Source: the human T2T-CHM13v2.0 reference genome, Homo sapiens. Taken from it: 64,000 nt of DNA. A model generated the notes under the pieces. It ran no database searches and was not told the DNA's origin. It worked only from the letters and a program-made list of their open reading frames with translations. Both the position numbers and the translations under genes were made by a program. Shown one piece after another: positions 41,901 to 56,914 of this stretch. The stretch is from NCBI RefSeq assembly GCF_009914755.1, contig NC_060933.1; one strand, given 5' to 3'. How positions within the stretch are numbered: position 1 is the stretch's first letter; every line of letters starts with the position of its first letter.

Positions 41901-44900
41901 TCCATTCCATTCCATTCCATTCCATTCCATTCTGTTCCATTCCGTTCCATTCCATTCCATTCCATTCTATTCGGGTTAATTCCATTCCATTCCATTCCAT
42001 TCCATTCCATTCCATTCTATTCCATTCCATTGCAATCCAGTTGAATCCATTGCATTTCATTCCATTCCATTCCATTCTATTCAATTCCATTCCGTTCCAT
42101 TCCATTCCATTACATTCGGATTGATTCTATTCAACTCCCTTACTCTCCATTACATTCCATTCCATTCGGGTTGTTCCATTCCATTCCATTCCATTCCACT
42201 CCATTCCATTGCACTCGGGTTTATTCCATTCCATTCCATTCCATTCCATTCCATTCCATTCCATTCCATTCCGTTCCGTTCCATTCCATTCCATTCCATT
42301 CTATTCGGGTTAATTCCATTCCATTCCATTCCATTCCATTCCAATCGAGTTGATTCCATTCCATTCCATTCCATTCCACTCCATTCCAGTCCTTTCCATT
42401 CCATTCCACTCGGGTTGATTCCAATGTATTCCTTTCCATTCCATTCCATTCCATTGCAATCGAGTTGATTCCATTGCTTTCAATTCCATTCCATTCCATT
42501 CCATTCCGGATGACTCCATTCCATTGCATTCCATTCCATTCCATTCTCCTGCACTCGGGTTGATTCCATTCCATTCAACTCCTTTCCGTTCCATTCCATT
42601 CCATTCCATTGTATTCGGGTTAATTCCATTCCATTCCATTCCATTCCATTCCATTCCATTACAATCGAGTTGATTCCATTCCATTCCATTCCATTCCTCT
42701 CCTTTCCATTGCACTCGGGTTGATTCCATTCCATTGCATTCCATTCCATTCCATTCAATTCCATTCCGTTCCATTCCATTCCATTACATTCGGATTGATT
42801 CTATTCAACTCCCTTACTCTCCATTACATTCCATTCCATTCGGGTTGTTCCATTCCATTCCATTCCATTCCACTCCATTCCATTGCACTCGGGTTGATTC
42901 CATTCCATTCCATTCCATTCCATTCCATTCCATTCCGGAAGATTCCATTCCATTGCATTCCATTCCATTCCATTCCCCTGCACTCGCGTTGATTCCATTC
43001 TATTCCATTCTATTCCATTCCATTCCCTTCCTTTCCGTTCCATTCCATTCCATTCCTTTCCATTCCATTCCATTCCGTTCCGTTCCTTTCCATTCCATTA
43101 CGGATGATTCCATTCCATTGCATTCCATTCCATTCCATTCCCCTGCACTCGGGTTGATTCCATTCCATTCCATTACATTCGGATTGATTCTATTCAACTC
43201 CCTTACTCTCCATTACATTCCATTCCATTCGGGTTGTTCCATTCCATTCCATTCCATTCCACTCCATTCCATTGCACTCGGGTTGATTCCATTCCATTCC
43301 ATTCCATTCCATTCCATTCCATTCCAATCCGGATGATTCCATTCCATTGCATTCCGTTCCATTACATTCCCCTGCACTCGCGTTGATTCCATTCCATTCC
43401 ATTCAATTCCATTCCATTACACTTCGCTCCATTCCATTCTATTCCGTACCATTCCATTCCATTCCATACCATTCCATTCCATTCCATTCCATTCCATTCC
43501 GTTCCATTCCGTTCCATTCCATTCCATTCCATTCTATTCGAATTAATTCCATTCCATTCCATTCCATTCCATTCTATTCCATTCCATTGCAATCGAGTTG
43601 AATCCATTGCATTTCATTCCATTCCATTCCATTCCATTCCATTCCGGAAGATTCCATTCCATTGCATTCCATTCTATTCCATTCCCCTGCACTCGCGTTG
43701 ATTCCATTCCATTCCATTCTATTCCATTCCATTCCCTTCCTTTCCGTTCCATTCCATTCCATTCCATTCCATTCCACTCCATTCCGTTCCGTTCCATTCC
43801 ATTCCATTCCATTCTATTCGGGTTAATTCCATTCCATTCCATTCGATTGCAATGGAGTTGATTCCATTCCATTCCATTCCATTCCATTCCATTCCATTCC
43901 TTTCCATTCCATTACGGATGATTCCATTCCATTGCATTCCATTCCATTCCATTCCCCTGTACTCGGGTTGATTCCATTCCATTCCATTCCAATCCATGCC
44001 ATTCCACTCGTGTTGATTCCATTCTTTCCATTCCATTCAAGTTGAATCCATTCCATTGCATTCCATTCCATTCGATTCCATTCGATTGCACTCGGGTTGA
44101 TTCCATTTCATTGCATTCCATTCCATTCCATTCCATTCCATTCCATTCCGTTCCATTCCATTCCATTACATTCGGATTGATTCTATTCAATTCCCTTACA
44201 CTCCATTACATTCCATTCCATTCGTGTAGTTTCCATTCCATTCCATTCCATTCCTCTCCATTCCATTGAACTCGGGTTGATTCCATTCCATTGCATTCCA
44301 TTCCATTCCATTCAATTCCATTCCGTTCCATTCCATTCCATTACATTCGGATTGATTCTATTCAACTCCCTTACTCTCCATTACATTCCATTCCATTCGG
44401 GTTGTTCCATTCCATTCCATTCCATTCCACTCCATTCCATTGCACTCGGGTTTATTCCATTCCATTCCATTCCATTCCATTCCATTCCATTCCATTCCGG
44501 AAGATTCCATTCCATTGCATTCCATTCCATTCCATTCCCCTGCACTCGCGTTGATTCCATTCCATTACATTCCATTCCATTCCATTCCATTCCATTCCTT
44601 TTCGTTCCAATCCATTCCATTCCATTCCATTCCATTCCATTCCATTCCATTCCAATCGAGTTGATTCCATTCCATTCCATTCCATTCCATTCCACTCCAT
44701 TCCAGTCCTTTCCATTCCATTACACTCGGGTTGATTCCAATGTATTCCTTTCCACTCCATTCCATTCCATTGCAATCGAGTTGACTCCATTGCTTTGCAT
44801 TCCATTCCATTCCATTCCATTCGGGATGATTCCATTCCATTGCATTCCATTCCATTCCATTCCCCTGCACTCGGGTTGATTCCATTCCATTCCACTCCAT

Positions 44901-47900
44901 TCCGTTCCATTCCATTCCATTGCATTGTATTCGGGTTAATTCCATTCCATTCCATTCCATTCCATTCCATTCCATTCCATTACAATCGAGTTGATTCCAT
45001 TCCATTCCATTCCATTCCAGTCCTTTCCATTCCATTCCACTCGGGTTGATTCCATTCTATTAGTTTCCATTCCATTCCATTCCCTTCCATTCCACTCTGG
45101 TTGATTCCATTCCTTTCCATTCCACTCGAATACATTTCCTCCTATTCCACTCGGAACGATTCCATTCCATTCCATTCCATTCCATTTCGTTCCATTCCAT
45201 TCTATTCCGTATCATTCCATTCCATTCCATTCCATTCCATTCCCCTGCAGTCGGGTTGTTTCCATTCCATTCCATTCCCTTCCATTCCATTCCATTCCAT
45301 TCCATTCCGTTCCGTTCCATTCCATTCCATTCCATTCTATTCGGGTTAATTCCATTCCATTCCATTCCATTCCATTCCATTCCAATCGAGTTGATTCCAT
45401 TCCATTCCATTCCATTCCATTCCACTCCATTCCAGTCCTTTCCATTCCATTCCACTCGGGTTGATTCCAATGTATTCCTTTCCATTCCATTCCATTCCAT
45501 TGCAATCGAGTTGATTCCATTGCTTTGCATTCCATTCCATTCCATTTCATTCCGGATGATTCCATTCCATTGCATTCCATTCCATTCCATTCCTCTCCAT
45601 TCCATTGCACTCGGGTTGATTGCATTCCATTCCATTCCATTCCGTTACATTACATTACATTACATTACATTCCGTTCCATTGTACTCGGGTTGATTCCAT
45701 TCCATTGCATTCCATTCCATTGCATTCCATTCCATTCCATTCCATTCCATTCCATTCCATTCCATTCCGTTCCATTCCATTACATTCGGATTGATTCTAT
45801 TCAACTCCCTTACTCTCCATTACATTCCATTCCATTCGGGTTGTTCCATTCCATTCCATTCCATTCAACTCCATTCCATTGCGCTCGGGTTGATTCCATT
45901 CCATTCCATTCCATTCCATTCCATTCCATTCCATTCCATTCCGGATTATTCCATTCCATTGCATTCCGTTCCATTACATTCCCCTGCACTCGGGTTGATT
46001 CCATTCCATTCCATTCCATTCCATTCCATTCCATTCCATTCTATTCCATTCCAATTCTTTCCATTCCATTCTATTCCGTAGCATTCCATTCCATTCCATA
46101 CAATTCCATTCCATTCCATTCTACTCCGTTCCGTTCCGTTCCGTTCTGTTCCTTTCCATTCCATTCCATTCCATTCTATTCGGTTTAACTCCATTCCATT
46201 CCATTCCATTCCATTCCATTCTATTCCATTCCATTGCAATCGAGTTGAATCCATTGCATTCCATTCCATTCCATTCCATTCCATTCCATTCCGGAAGATT
46301 CCATTCCATTGTATTCCATTCCATTCCATTCCATTCCATTCCATTCCATTCCATTCCATTCCATTCCATTCCATTCCATTCCATTCCATTGTACTCGGGT
46401 TGATTCCATTCCATTGCATTCCATTCCATTCCATTCCATTCCGTTCCATTCCATTCCATTACATTCGGATTGATTCTTTTCAACTCCCTTACTCTCCATT
46501 ACATTCCATTCCATTCGGGTTGTTCCATTCCATTCCATTCCATTCCACTCCATTCCATTGCACTCGGGTTGATTCCATTCCATTCCATTCCGGATGATTC
46601 CATTCCATTGCATTCCGTTCCATTACATTCCCCTGCACTCGGGTTGATTCCATTCCATTCCTTTCCATTCCATTCGATTCCATTCCATTCCCCTGCACTC
46701 GCGTTGATTCCATTCCATTCCATTCCATTCCATTCCATTCCATTCCATTCCATTCCTTTCCGTTCCATTCCATTCCATTCCATTCCATTCCGTTCCGTTC
46801 CATTCCATTCCATTCCATTCTATTCGGGTTAATTCCATTCCATTCCATTCGATTGCAATCGAGTTGATTCCATTCCATTCCATTCCATTCCATTCCATTC
46901 CATTCCAGTCCTTTCCATTCCTTTCCATTACATTACTGATGATTCCATTCTATTGCATTCCATTCCATTCCATTCCCCTGTACTCGGGTTGATTCCATTC
47001 CATTCCATTAAAATCCATGCCATTCCACTCGTGTTGATTCCATGCTTTCCTTTCCATTCAAGTTGAATCCATTCCATTGCATTCCATTCCATTCGATTCC
47101 ATTCGATTGCACTCGGGTTGATTCCATTCCATTGCATTCCATTCCATTCCATTCAATTCCATTCCGTTCCATTAAATTTCATTACATTCAGATTGATTCT
47201 TTTCAGTTCCCTTACACTCCATTATATTCCAATCCATTCTGGTTGTTTCCATTCCATTCCATTCCATTTCACTCCATTCCATTGCACTCGGGTTGATTCC
47301 ATTCCATTGCATTCCATTGCATTCCATTCCATTCCATTCCGGATGATTCCATTCCATTTCATTCCATTCCATTCCATTCCCCTGCACTCGGGTTGATTCC
47401 ATTCCATTCCATTCCATTACATTCCGTTCCATTCCATTCCATTCCATTCGGATTGATTCTATTCAATTCCCTTACACTCCATTACATTCCATTCCATTCG
47501 GGTAGTTTCCATTCCATTCCATTCCATTCCTCTCCATTCCAATGCACTCGGGTTGATTCCATTCCATTCCATTCCATTCCATTCCATTCCATTCCATTAC
47601 ATTACATTCCATTCCATTCCGTTCCATTGTACTCGGGTTGATTCCATTCCATTGCATTCCATTCCATTCCATTCCATTCCATTCCATTCCATTCCATTCG
47701 TATTGATTCTATTCAACTCCCTTACTCGCCATTACATTCCATTCCATTCGGGTTGTTCCATTCGATTCCATTCCATTCCACTCCATTCCATTGCACTCGG
47801 GTTGATTGCATTCCATTCCATTCCACTCCATTCCATTCCATTCCATTCCATTCCGGATGATTCCATTCCATTGCATTCCGTTCCATTACATTCCCCTGCA

Positions 47901-50900
47901 CTCGGGTTGATTCCATTCCATTCCATTCCATTCCATTCGATTCCATTCCATTCCAATTCTTTCCATTCCATTCTATTCCGTACCATGCCATTCCATTCCA
48001 TACAATTCCATTCCATTCCATTCCACTCTGTTCCGTTCCGTTCCGTTCCGTTCCGTTCCATTCCATTCCATTCCATTCTATTCGGGTTAATTCCATTCCA
48101 TTCCATTCGATTGCAATCGAGTTGATTCCATTCCATTCCATTCCATTCCATTCCATTCCATTCCTTTCCATTCCATTACGGATGATTCCATTCCATTGCA
48201 TTCCATTCCATTCCATTCCCCTGTACTCGGGTTGATTCCATTCCATTCCATTCCAATCCATGCCATTCCACTCGTGTTGATTCCATTCTTTCCATTCCAT
48301 TCAAGTTGAATCCATTCCATTGCCTTCCATTCCATTCCATTCCCCTGCAGTCTGGTTGATTCCATTCCATTCCATTCCATTCCATTCCATTCCATTCCAT
48401 TCCGTTCCGTTCCATTCCATTCCATTCCATTCTTTTCGGGTTAATTCCATTCCATTCCATTCCATTCCATTCCAATCGAGTTGATTAAATTCCATTCCAT
48501 TCCATTCCATTCCACTCCATTCCAGTCCTTTCCATTCCATTCCACTCGGGTTGATTCCAATGTATTCCTTTCCATTCCATTCCATTCCATTGCAATCGAG
48601 TTGATTCCATTGCTTTGCATTCCATTCGATTCCATTCCATTCCGGATGATTCCATTCCATTGCATTCCATTCCATTCCATTCCCCTGCACTCGGGTTGAT
48701 TCCATTCCATTCCACTCCATTCCGTTCCATTCCATTCCATTCCAGTGTATTCGGGTTAATTCCATTCCATTCCATTCCATTCCATTCCATTCCATTCCAT
48801 TCCATTACAATCGAGTTGATTCCATTCCATTCCATTCCATTCCAGTCCTTTCCATTCCATTCCACTCGGGTTGATTCCATTCTATTAGATTCCATTCCAT
48901 TCCATTCCCTTCCATTCCACTCTGGTTGATACCATTCCTTTCCATTCCACTCGAATACATTCCCTCCTATTCCACTCGGAACGATTCCATTCCATTGCAT
49001 TCCATTCCATTCCATTTCGTTCCATTCCATTCTATTCCGTATCTTTCCATTCCATTCCATTCCATTCCATTCCATTCCATTCCATTCCATTGTACTCGGG
49101 TTGATTCAATTCCATTGTATTCCATTCCATTCCATTCCATTCCATTCCGTTGCATTCCATTCCATTACATTCGGATTGATTCTATTCAACTCCCTTACTC
49201 TCCATTACATTCCATTCCATTCGGGTTGTTCCATTCCATTCCATTCCATTCCATTCCATTCCATTCCATTCTATTCGGATTAATTCCATTCCATTCCATT
49301 CCATTCCATTCTATTCCATTCCATTGCAATCGAGTTGAATCCATTGCATTTCATTCCATTCCATTCCATTCCATTCCATTCCATTCCATTCCAATCCGGA
49401 AGATTCCATTCCATTGCATTCCATTCCATTCCATTCCCCTGCACTCGCGTTCATTCCATTCCATTCCATTCCATTCCATTCCATTCCATTCGGGTTGTTC
49501 CATTCCATTCCATTCCATTCCACTCCATTCCATTGCACTCGGGTTTATTCCATTCCATTCCATTCCATTCCATTCCATTCTATTCCATTCCATTCCAGAA
49601 GATTCCATTCCATTGCATTCCATTCCATTCCATTCCCCTGCACTCGCGTTCATTCCATTCCATTCCATTCCATTCCATTCCATTCCATTCCATTCCTTTC
49701 CGTTCCATTCCATTCCATTCCATTCCATTCCATTCCATGCCATTCCGTTCTGTTCCGTTCCGTTCCATTCCATTCCATTCCATTCTATTCGGGTTAATTC
49801 CATTCCATTCCATTCGACTGCATTCGAGTTGATTCCATTCCATTCCATTCCATTCCATTCCATTCCATTCCATTCCATTCCTTTCCATTCCATTACGGAT
49901 GATTCCATTCCATTGCATTCCATTCCATTCCATTCCCCTGTACTCGGGTTGATTCCATTCCATTCCATTCCAATCCATGCCATTCCACTCGTGTTGATTC
50001 CATTCTTTCCATTCCATTCAAGTTGAATCCATTACATTGCATTCCATTCCATTCCATTCCCCTGCAGTCGGGTTGATTCCATTCCATTCCATTCCATTCC
50101 ATTCCATTCTATTCCGTTCCGTTCCGTTCCATTCCATTCCATTCCATTCCATTCTATTCGGGTTAATTCCATTCCATTCCATTCCATTCCATTCCATTCC
50201 AATCGAGTTGATTCCATTCCATTCCATTCCATTCCATTCCACTCCATTCCAGTCCTTTTCATTCCATTCCACTCGGGTTGATTCCAATGTATTCCTTTCC
50301 ATTCCATTCCATTCCATTGCAATCGAGTTGATTCCATTGCTTTGCATTCCATTCCATTCCATTCCATTCCGGATGATTCCATTCCATTGCATTCCATTCC
50401 ATTCCATTCCTCTGCACTCGGGTTGATTCCATTCCATTCCACTCCATTCCGTTCCATTCCATTCCATTCCATTGTATTCGGGTTAATTCAATTCCATTCC
50501 ATTCCATTCCATTCCATTCCATTCCATTCCATCACAATCGAGTTTGTTCCATTCCATTCCATTCCATTCCATTCCATTCCATTCCGGATGATTCCATTCG
50601 ATTACATTCCGTTCCATTACATTCCCCTGCACGCGGGTTGATTCCATTCCATTCCATTCCATTCCATTCCATTCGATTCCATTCCATTCCAATTCTTTCC
50701 ATTCCATTCTATTCCGTACCATTCCATTGCATTCCATACCATTCCATTCCATTCCATTCCATTCCATTCCATTCCATTCCGTTCCGTTCCATCCCAATCC
50801 ATTCCATTTTATTCGGGTTAATTCCATTCCATTCCATTCCATTCCATTCTATTCCATTCCATTGCAATCGAGTTGAGTCCATTTCATTCCATTCCATTCC

Positions 50901-53314
50901 ATTCCGGAAGATTCCATTCCATTGCATTCAATTCCATTCCATTCCCCTGCACTCGCGTTGATTCCATTCCATTCCATTCCATTCCGTTCCGTTCCATTCC
51001 ATTCCATTCCATTCCATTCCGTTCCGTTCCGTTCCGTTCCATTTGATTCCATTCTATTCGGGTTAATTCCATTCCATTCCATTCGATTGCAATCGAGGTG
51101 ATTCCATTCCATTCCATTCCATTCCATTCCATTCCATTGCATTCTTTTCCATTCCATTACGGATGATTCCATTCCATTGCATTACCTTCCATTCCATTCC
51201 CCTGTACTCGGGTTGATTCCATTCCATTCCATTCCATTCCATTCTATTCCATTCCATTCCGGAAGATTCCATTTCATTGCATTCCATTCCATTCCATTCC
51301 CCTGCACTCGCGTTGATTCCATTCCATTCCATTCCATTCCATTCCATTCCATTCCATTCCGTTCCGTTCCATTCCATTCCATTCCATTCCATTCCATTCC
51401 GTTCCGTTCCATTCCATTCCATTCCATTCTATTCGGGTTAATTCCATTCCATTCCATTCGATTGCAATCGTGTTGATTCCATTCCATTCCATTCCATTCC
51501 ATTCCATTCAATTCCATTCCATTCCTTTCCATTCCATTACGGATGATTCCATTCCATTGCATTCCATTCCATTCCATTCCCCTGTACTCGGGTTGTTTCC
51601 ATTCCATTGCATTCCAATCCATGCCCTTCCACTCGTGTTGATTCCATTCTTTCCATTCCATTCAAGTTGAATCCATTCCATTGCATTCCATTCAATTCGA
51701 TTCCATTCGATTGCACTCGGGTTGATTCCATTCCATTGCATTCCATTCCATTCCATTCCATTCCATTCCATTCCATTCCGTTCCATTCCATTCCATTACA
51801 TTCGGATTGATTCTATTCAATTCCCTTACACTCCATTACATTCCATTCCATTCGGGTAGTTTCCATTCCATTCCATTCCATTCCTCTCCATTCCATTGCA
51901 CTCGGGTTGATTCCATTCCATTGCATTCCATTCCATTCCATTCAATTCCATTCCGTTCCATTCCATTCCATTCCATTCGGATTGATTCTATTCAACTCCC
52001 TTACTCTCCATTACATTCCATTTCATTCGGGTTGTTGCATACCATTCCGTTCCATTCCACTCCATTCCATTGCACTCGGGTTTATTCCATTCCATTCCAT
52101 TCCATTCCATTCCATTCTATTCCGGAAGATTCCATTCCATTGCATTCCATTCCATTCCATTCCATTCCAATCGAGTTGATTCCATTCCATTGCATTCCAT
52201 TCCATTCCACTCCATTCCAGTCCTTTCCATTCCATTACACTCGGGTTGATTCCATTCCATTCCACTCCATTCCGTTCCATTCCATTCCATTCCATTGTAT
52301 TCGGGTTAATTCCATTCCATTCCATTCCATTCCATTCCATTCCATTCCATTCCATTCCATTCCATTACAATCGAGTTGATTCCATTCCATTCCATTCCAT
52401 TCCATTCCATTCCATTCCAGTCCTTTCCATTCCATTCCACTCGGGTTGATTCCATTCTATTAGTTTCCATTCCATTCCATTCCCTTCCATTCCACTCTGG
52501 TTGATTCCATTCCTTTCCATTCCACTCGAATACATTCCCTCCTATTCCACTCGGAACGATTCCATTCCATTCCATTCCATTCCATTCCAATCCATTCCAT
52601 TCCATTCCAGTTCGTTCCATTCCGTTCTATTCGGTACCATTCCATTCCATTCCATTCCTTTCCATTCCATTCCTTTCCACTCGTGTTGATTCCATTCCTT
52701 TCCATTCCATTCGGTTTGAAGGCATTCCATTCCATTCAATTCCATTCCATTCCATTCCATTCCCTTCCATTCTATTCCATTGCATTGCAATCGAGTTGAA
52801 TCCATTGCCTTTCATTCCATTCCATTCCATTCCATTCCATTCCGGAAGATTCCATTCCATTACATTCCATTCCATTCCATTCCCCTGCACTCGCGTTGAT
52901 TCCATTCCATTCCATTCCATTCCATTCTATTCGGGTTAATTCCATTCCATTCCATTCCATTCCATTCCATTGCAATCGAGTTGATTCCATTCCATTCCAT
53001 TCCACTCCATTCCAGTCCTTTCCATTCCATTCCACTCGGGTTGATTCCAATGTATTCCTTTCCATTCCATTCCATTCCATTGCAATCGAGTTGATTCCAT
53101 TGCTTTGCATTCCATTCCGTTCCATTCCATTCCGGATGATTCCATTCCATTGCATTCCATTCCATTCCATTCCCCTGCACTCGGGTTGATTCCATTCCAT
53201 TCCACTCCATTCCGTTCCATTCCATTCCATTCCATTGTATTCAGGTTAATTCCATTCCATTCCATTCCATTCCATTCCATTACAATCGAGTTGATTCCAT
53301 TCCATTCCATTCCA
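38926..53314 (+). repeat. Block B'', 14.4 kb core, copy 3 of 3
   Basis: Matches B (offset ~35600-35625) and B' (offset 18464 at 20497 vs 38961; 18434 at 30492 vs 48926). Confidence 0.92.
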
Positions 53315-56090
53315 TTCCATTCCATTCCAGTCCTTTCCATTCCATTCCACTCGGGTTGATTCCATTCTATTAGTTTCCATTCCATTCCATTCCCTTCCAT
53401 TCCACTCTGGTTGATTCCATTCCTTTCCATTCCATTTAATTCCATTCCATTCCATTCCATTCCATTCCATTCCAATCCGTTCCATTCCATTCTATTCCAC
53501 TGCAACCGACTTGATTCCATTCCATTCCATTCTATTCCATTCCATTCCATTCCATTCCATTCCATTCCATTCCATTTTGTTCCAATCCATTCTATTCCGA
53601 ACCATTCCATTCCATTCCATTACATTCCATTGCATTCCATTCCATGCCATTCCACTCGGGTTGATTCCATTCCATTCCATTGCATTCCATTCCATTCCAT
53701 TCCATTCCCTTCCGTTCCATTCCATTTCATTACATTCATTTTGATTCTATTCAATTCCCTTACACTCCATTATATTCCAATCCATTCTGGTTGTTTCCAT
53801 TCCATTCCATTCCATTTCACTCCATTCCATTGCACTCGGTTTGATTCCATTCCATTCCATTCCATTCCATTCCGGATGATTCCATTCCATTGCATTCCAT
53901 TCCATTCCATTCCCCTGCACTCAGGTTGATTCCATTCCATTCCATTCCACTCCATTCGGTTCCGTTCCATTCCATTCTATTGCATTCCATTCTATTCGGG
54001 TTAATTCCATTCCATTCTATTCCATTCCATTCCATTCCATTCCATTGCAATGGAGTTGATTCCATTCCATTCCATTCCATTCCAGATGATTCCATTCCAT
54101 TGCATTCCATTCCATTCCATTCCCCTGCACTCGTGTTGATTCCATTACCTTCTATTCCATTCCATTCCGTTCCATTCCATTGCATTCCATTCTATTCCGG
54201 TTAATTCCATTCCATTCCATTCCATTCCATTCCATTCCATTCCATTGCAATCGAGTTGATTCCATTCCATTCCTTTCCATTCCATTCCATTGCCTTGCAT
54301 TCCAATCGGGTTGATTCCATTCCCTTCTTTCCACTCCATTACATTCCCTTCCATTCCACTCGGAATGATTGATTATATTCCATTCCATTCCATTTCATTC
54401 CATTGCAATCCATTCCAATCCATTCCATTCCATTCCACTCGAGTTGATTTCATTCCATTCCTTTCCATTCCATTCCATTCCTTTCCATTCGAGTTGATTC
54501 CATTCCATTCCATTCCATTGCATTCCATTCCATGCCATTCCACTCGGGTTGATTCCATTCCTTTGCATTCCATTCCATTCCATTCCATTCCATTCCATTC
54601 CATTCCGTTGCATTCCATTCCATTACATTCCGATTGATTCTATTCAACTCCCTTACTCTCCATTACATTCCATTCCATTCGGGTTGTTCCATTCCATTCC
54701 ATTCCATTCCACTCCATTCCATTGCACTCGGGTTGATTCCATTCCATTCCATTCCATTCCATTCCATTCCATTCCGGATGATTCCATTCCATTGCATTCC
54801 GTTCCATTACATTCCCCTGCACTCGCGTTGATTCCATTCCATTCCATTCCATTCCATTCAATTCCATTCCATTACAATTCGTTCCATTCCATTCTATTCC
54901 CTACCATTCCATTCCATTCCATACCATTCCATTCCATTCCATTCCATTCCATTCCATTCCTTTCCATTCCGTTCCATTCCATTCCATTCCATTCTATTCG
55001 GGTTAATTCCATTCCATTCCATTCCATTCCATTCCATTCCATTCCTTTCCATTCCATTACGGATGATTCCATTCCATTGCATTCCATTCCATTCCATTCC
55101 CCTGTACTCGGGTTGTTTCCATTCCATTGCATTCCAATCCATGCCCTTCCACTCGTGTTGATTCCATTCTTTCCATTCCATTCAAGTTGAATCCATTCCA
55201 TTGCATTCCATTCAATTCGATTCCATTCGATTGCACTCGGGTTGATTCCATTCCATTGCATTCCATTCCATTCCATTCCATTCCATTCCATTCCATTCCA
55301 TTCCGTTCCATTCCATTCCATTACATTCGGATTGATTCTATTCAATTCCCTTACACTCCATTACATTCCATTCCATTCGGGTAGTTTCCATTCCATTCCA
55401 TTCCATTCCTCTCCATTCCATTGCACTCGGGTTGATTCCATTCCATTGCATTCCATTCCATTCCATTCAATTCCATTCCGTTCCATTCCATTCCATTACA
55501 TTCTAATTGATTCTATTCATCTCCCTTAGTCTCCATTACATTCCATTCCATTCGGGTTGTTCCATTCCATTCCATTCCATTCCACTCCATTCCATTGCAC
55601 TCGGGTTGATTCCATTCCATTCCATTCCATTCCATTCCATTCCATTCCGGAAGATTCCATTCCATTGCATTCCATTCCATTCCATTCCCCTGCACTCGCG
55701 TTGATTCCATTCCATTCCATTCCATTCGATTCCATTCCACTCCATTCCATTGCACTCGGGTTGATTCCATTCCATTCCATTCCATTCCATTCCATTCCGG
55801 ATGATTCCATTCCATTGCATTCCGTTCCATTACATTCCCCTGCACTCGCGTTGATTCCATTCCATTCCATTCCATTCCATTCAATTCCATTCCATTACAA
55901 TTCGTTCCATTCCATTCTATTCCGTACCATTCCATTCCATACCATTCCATTTCATTCCATTCCATTCCATTCCATTCCATTCCGTTCCACTCCGTTCCAT
56001 TCCATTCCATTGCATTCTATTCGGGTTAATCCCATTCCATTCCATTCCATTCCATTCTATTCCATTCCATTGCAATCGAGTTGAATCCAT
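53315..56090 (+). repeat. Block C', copy 2
   Basis: ORFs 17811/53411, 18690/54290, 18949/54549 and 19913/55513 are identical at offset 35600. Confidence 0.88.
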
Positions 56091-56914
56091 TGCATTTCAT
56101 TCCATTCCATTCCATTCCATTCCGGAAGATTCCATTCCATTGCATTCCAATCCATGCCATTCCCCTGCACTCGCGTTGATTCCATTCCATTCCATTCCAT
56201 TCCATTCCATTCCTTTCTGTTCCGTTCCATTCCATTCCATTCCATTCCATTCCATTCCATTCCATTCCGTTTCATTCCATTCCATTCCATTCTATTTGGG
56301 TTAATTCCATTCCATTCCATTCGATTGCAATCGTGTTGATTCCATTCCATTCCATTCCATTCCATTCCATTCCATTCCATTCCTTTCCTTTCCATTACGG
56401 ATGATTCCATTCCATTGCATTCCATTCCATTCCATTCCCCTGTACTCGGGTTGATTCCATTCCATTGCATTCCAATCCATGCCCTTCCACTCGTGTTGAT
56501 TCCATTCTTTCCATTCCATTCAAGTTGAATCCATTCCATTGTATTCCATTCCATTCGATTCCATTCGATTGCACTCGGGTTGATTCCATTCCATTGCATT
56601 CCATTCCATTCCATTCCATTCCATTCCATTCCATTCCGTTCCATTCCATTCCATTACATTCGGATTGATTCTATTCAATTCCCTTACACTCCATTACATT
56701 CCATTCCATTCGGGTAGTTTCCATTCCATTCCATTCCATTCCTCTCCATTCCATTGCACTCGGGTTGATTCCATTCCATTGCATTCCATTCCATTCCATT
56801 CAATTCCATTCCGTTCCATTCCATTCCATTACATTCGGATTGACTCTATTCAACTCCCTTACTCTCCATTACATTCCATTCCATTCGGGTTGTTCCATTC
56901 CATTCCATTCCATT

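Larger units (their letters stand above)
35631..56090 (+). repeat. 35.6 kb-period duplication, right copy (blocks A'+B''+C')
   Basis: Position 35631 (tcgggttgattccattccattccattccggatgatt...) matches position 1. Colinear near-identity continues to ~56090-56120, where the sequence stops matching 20490-20520. Confidence 0.93.
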
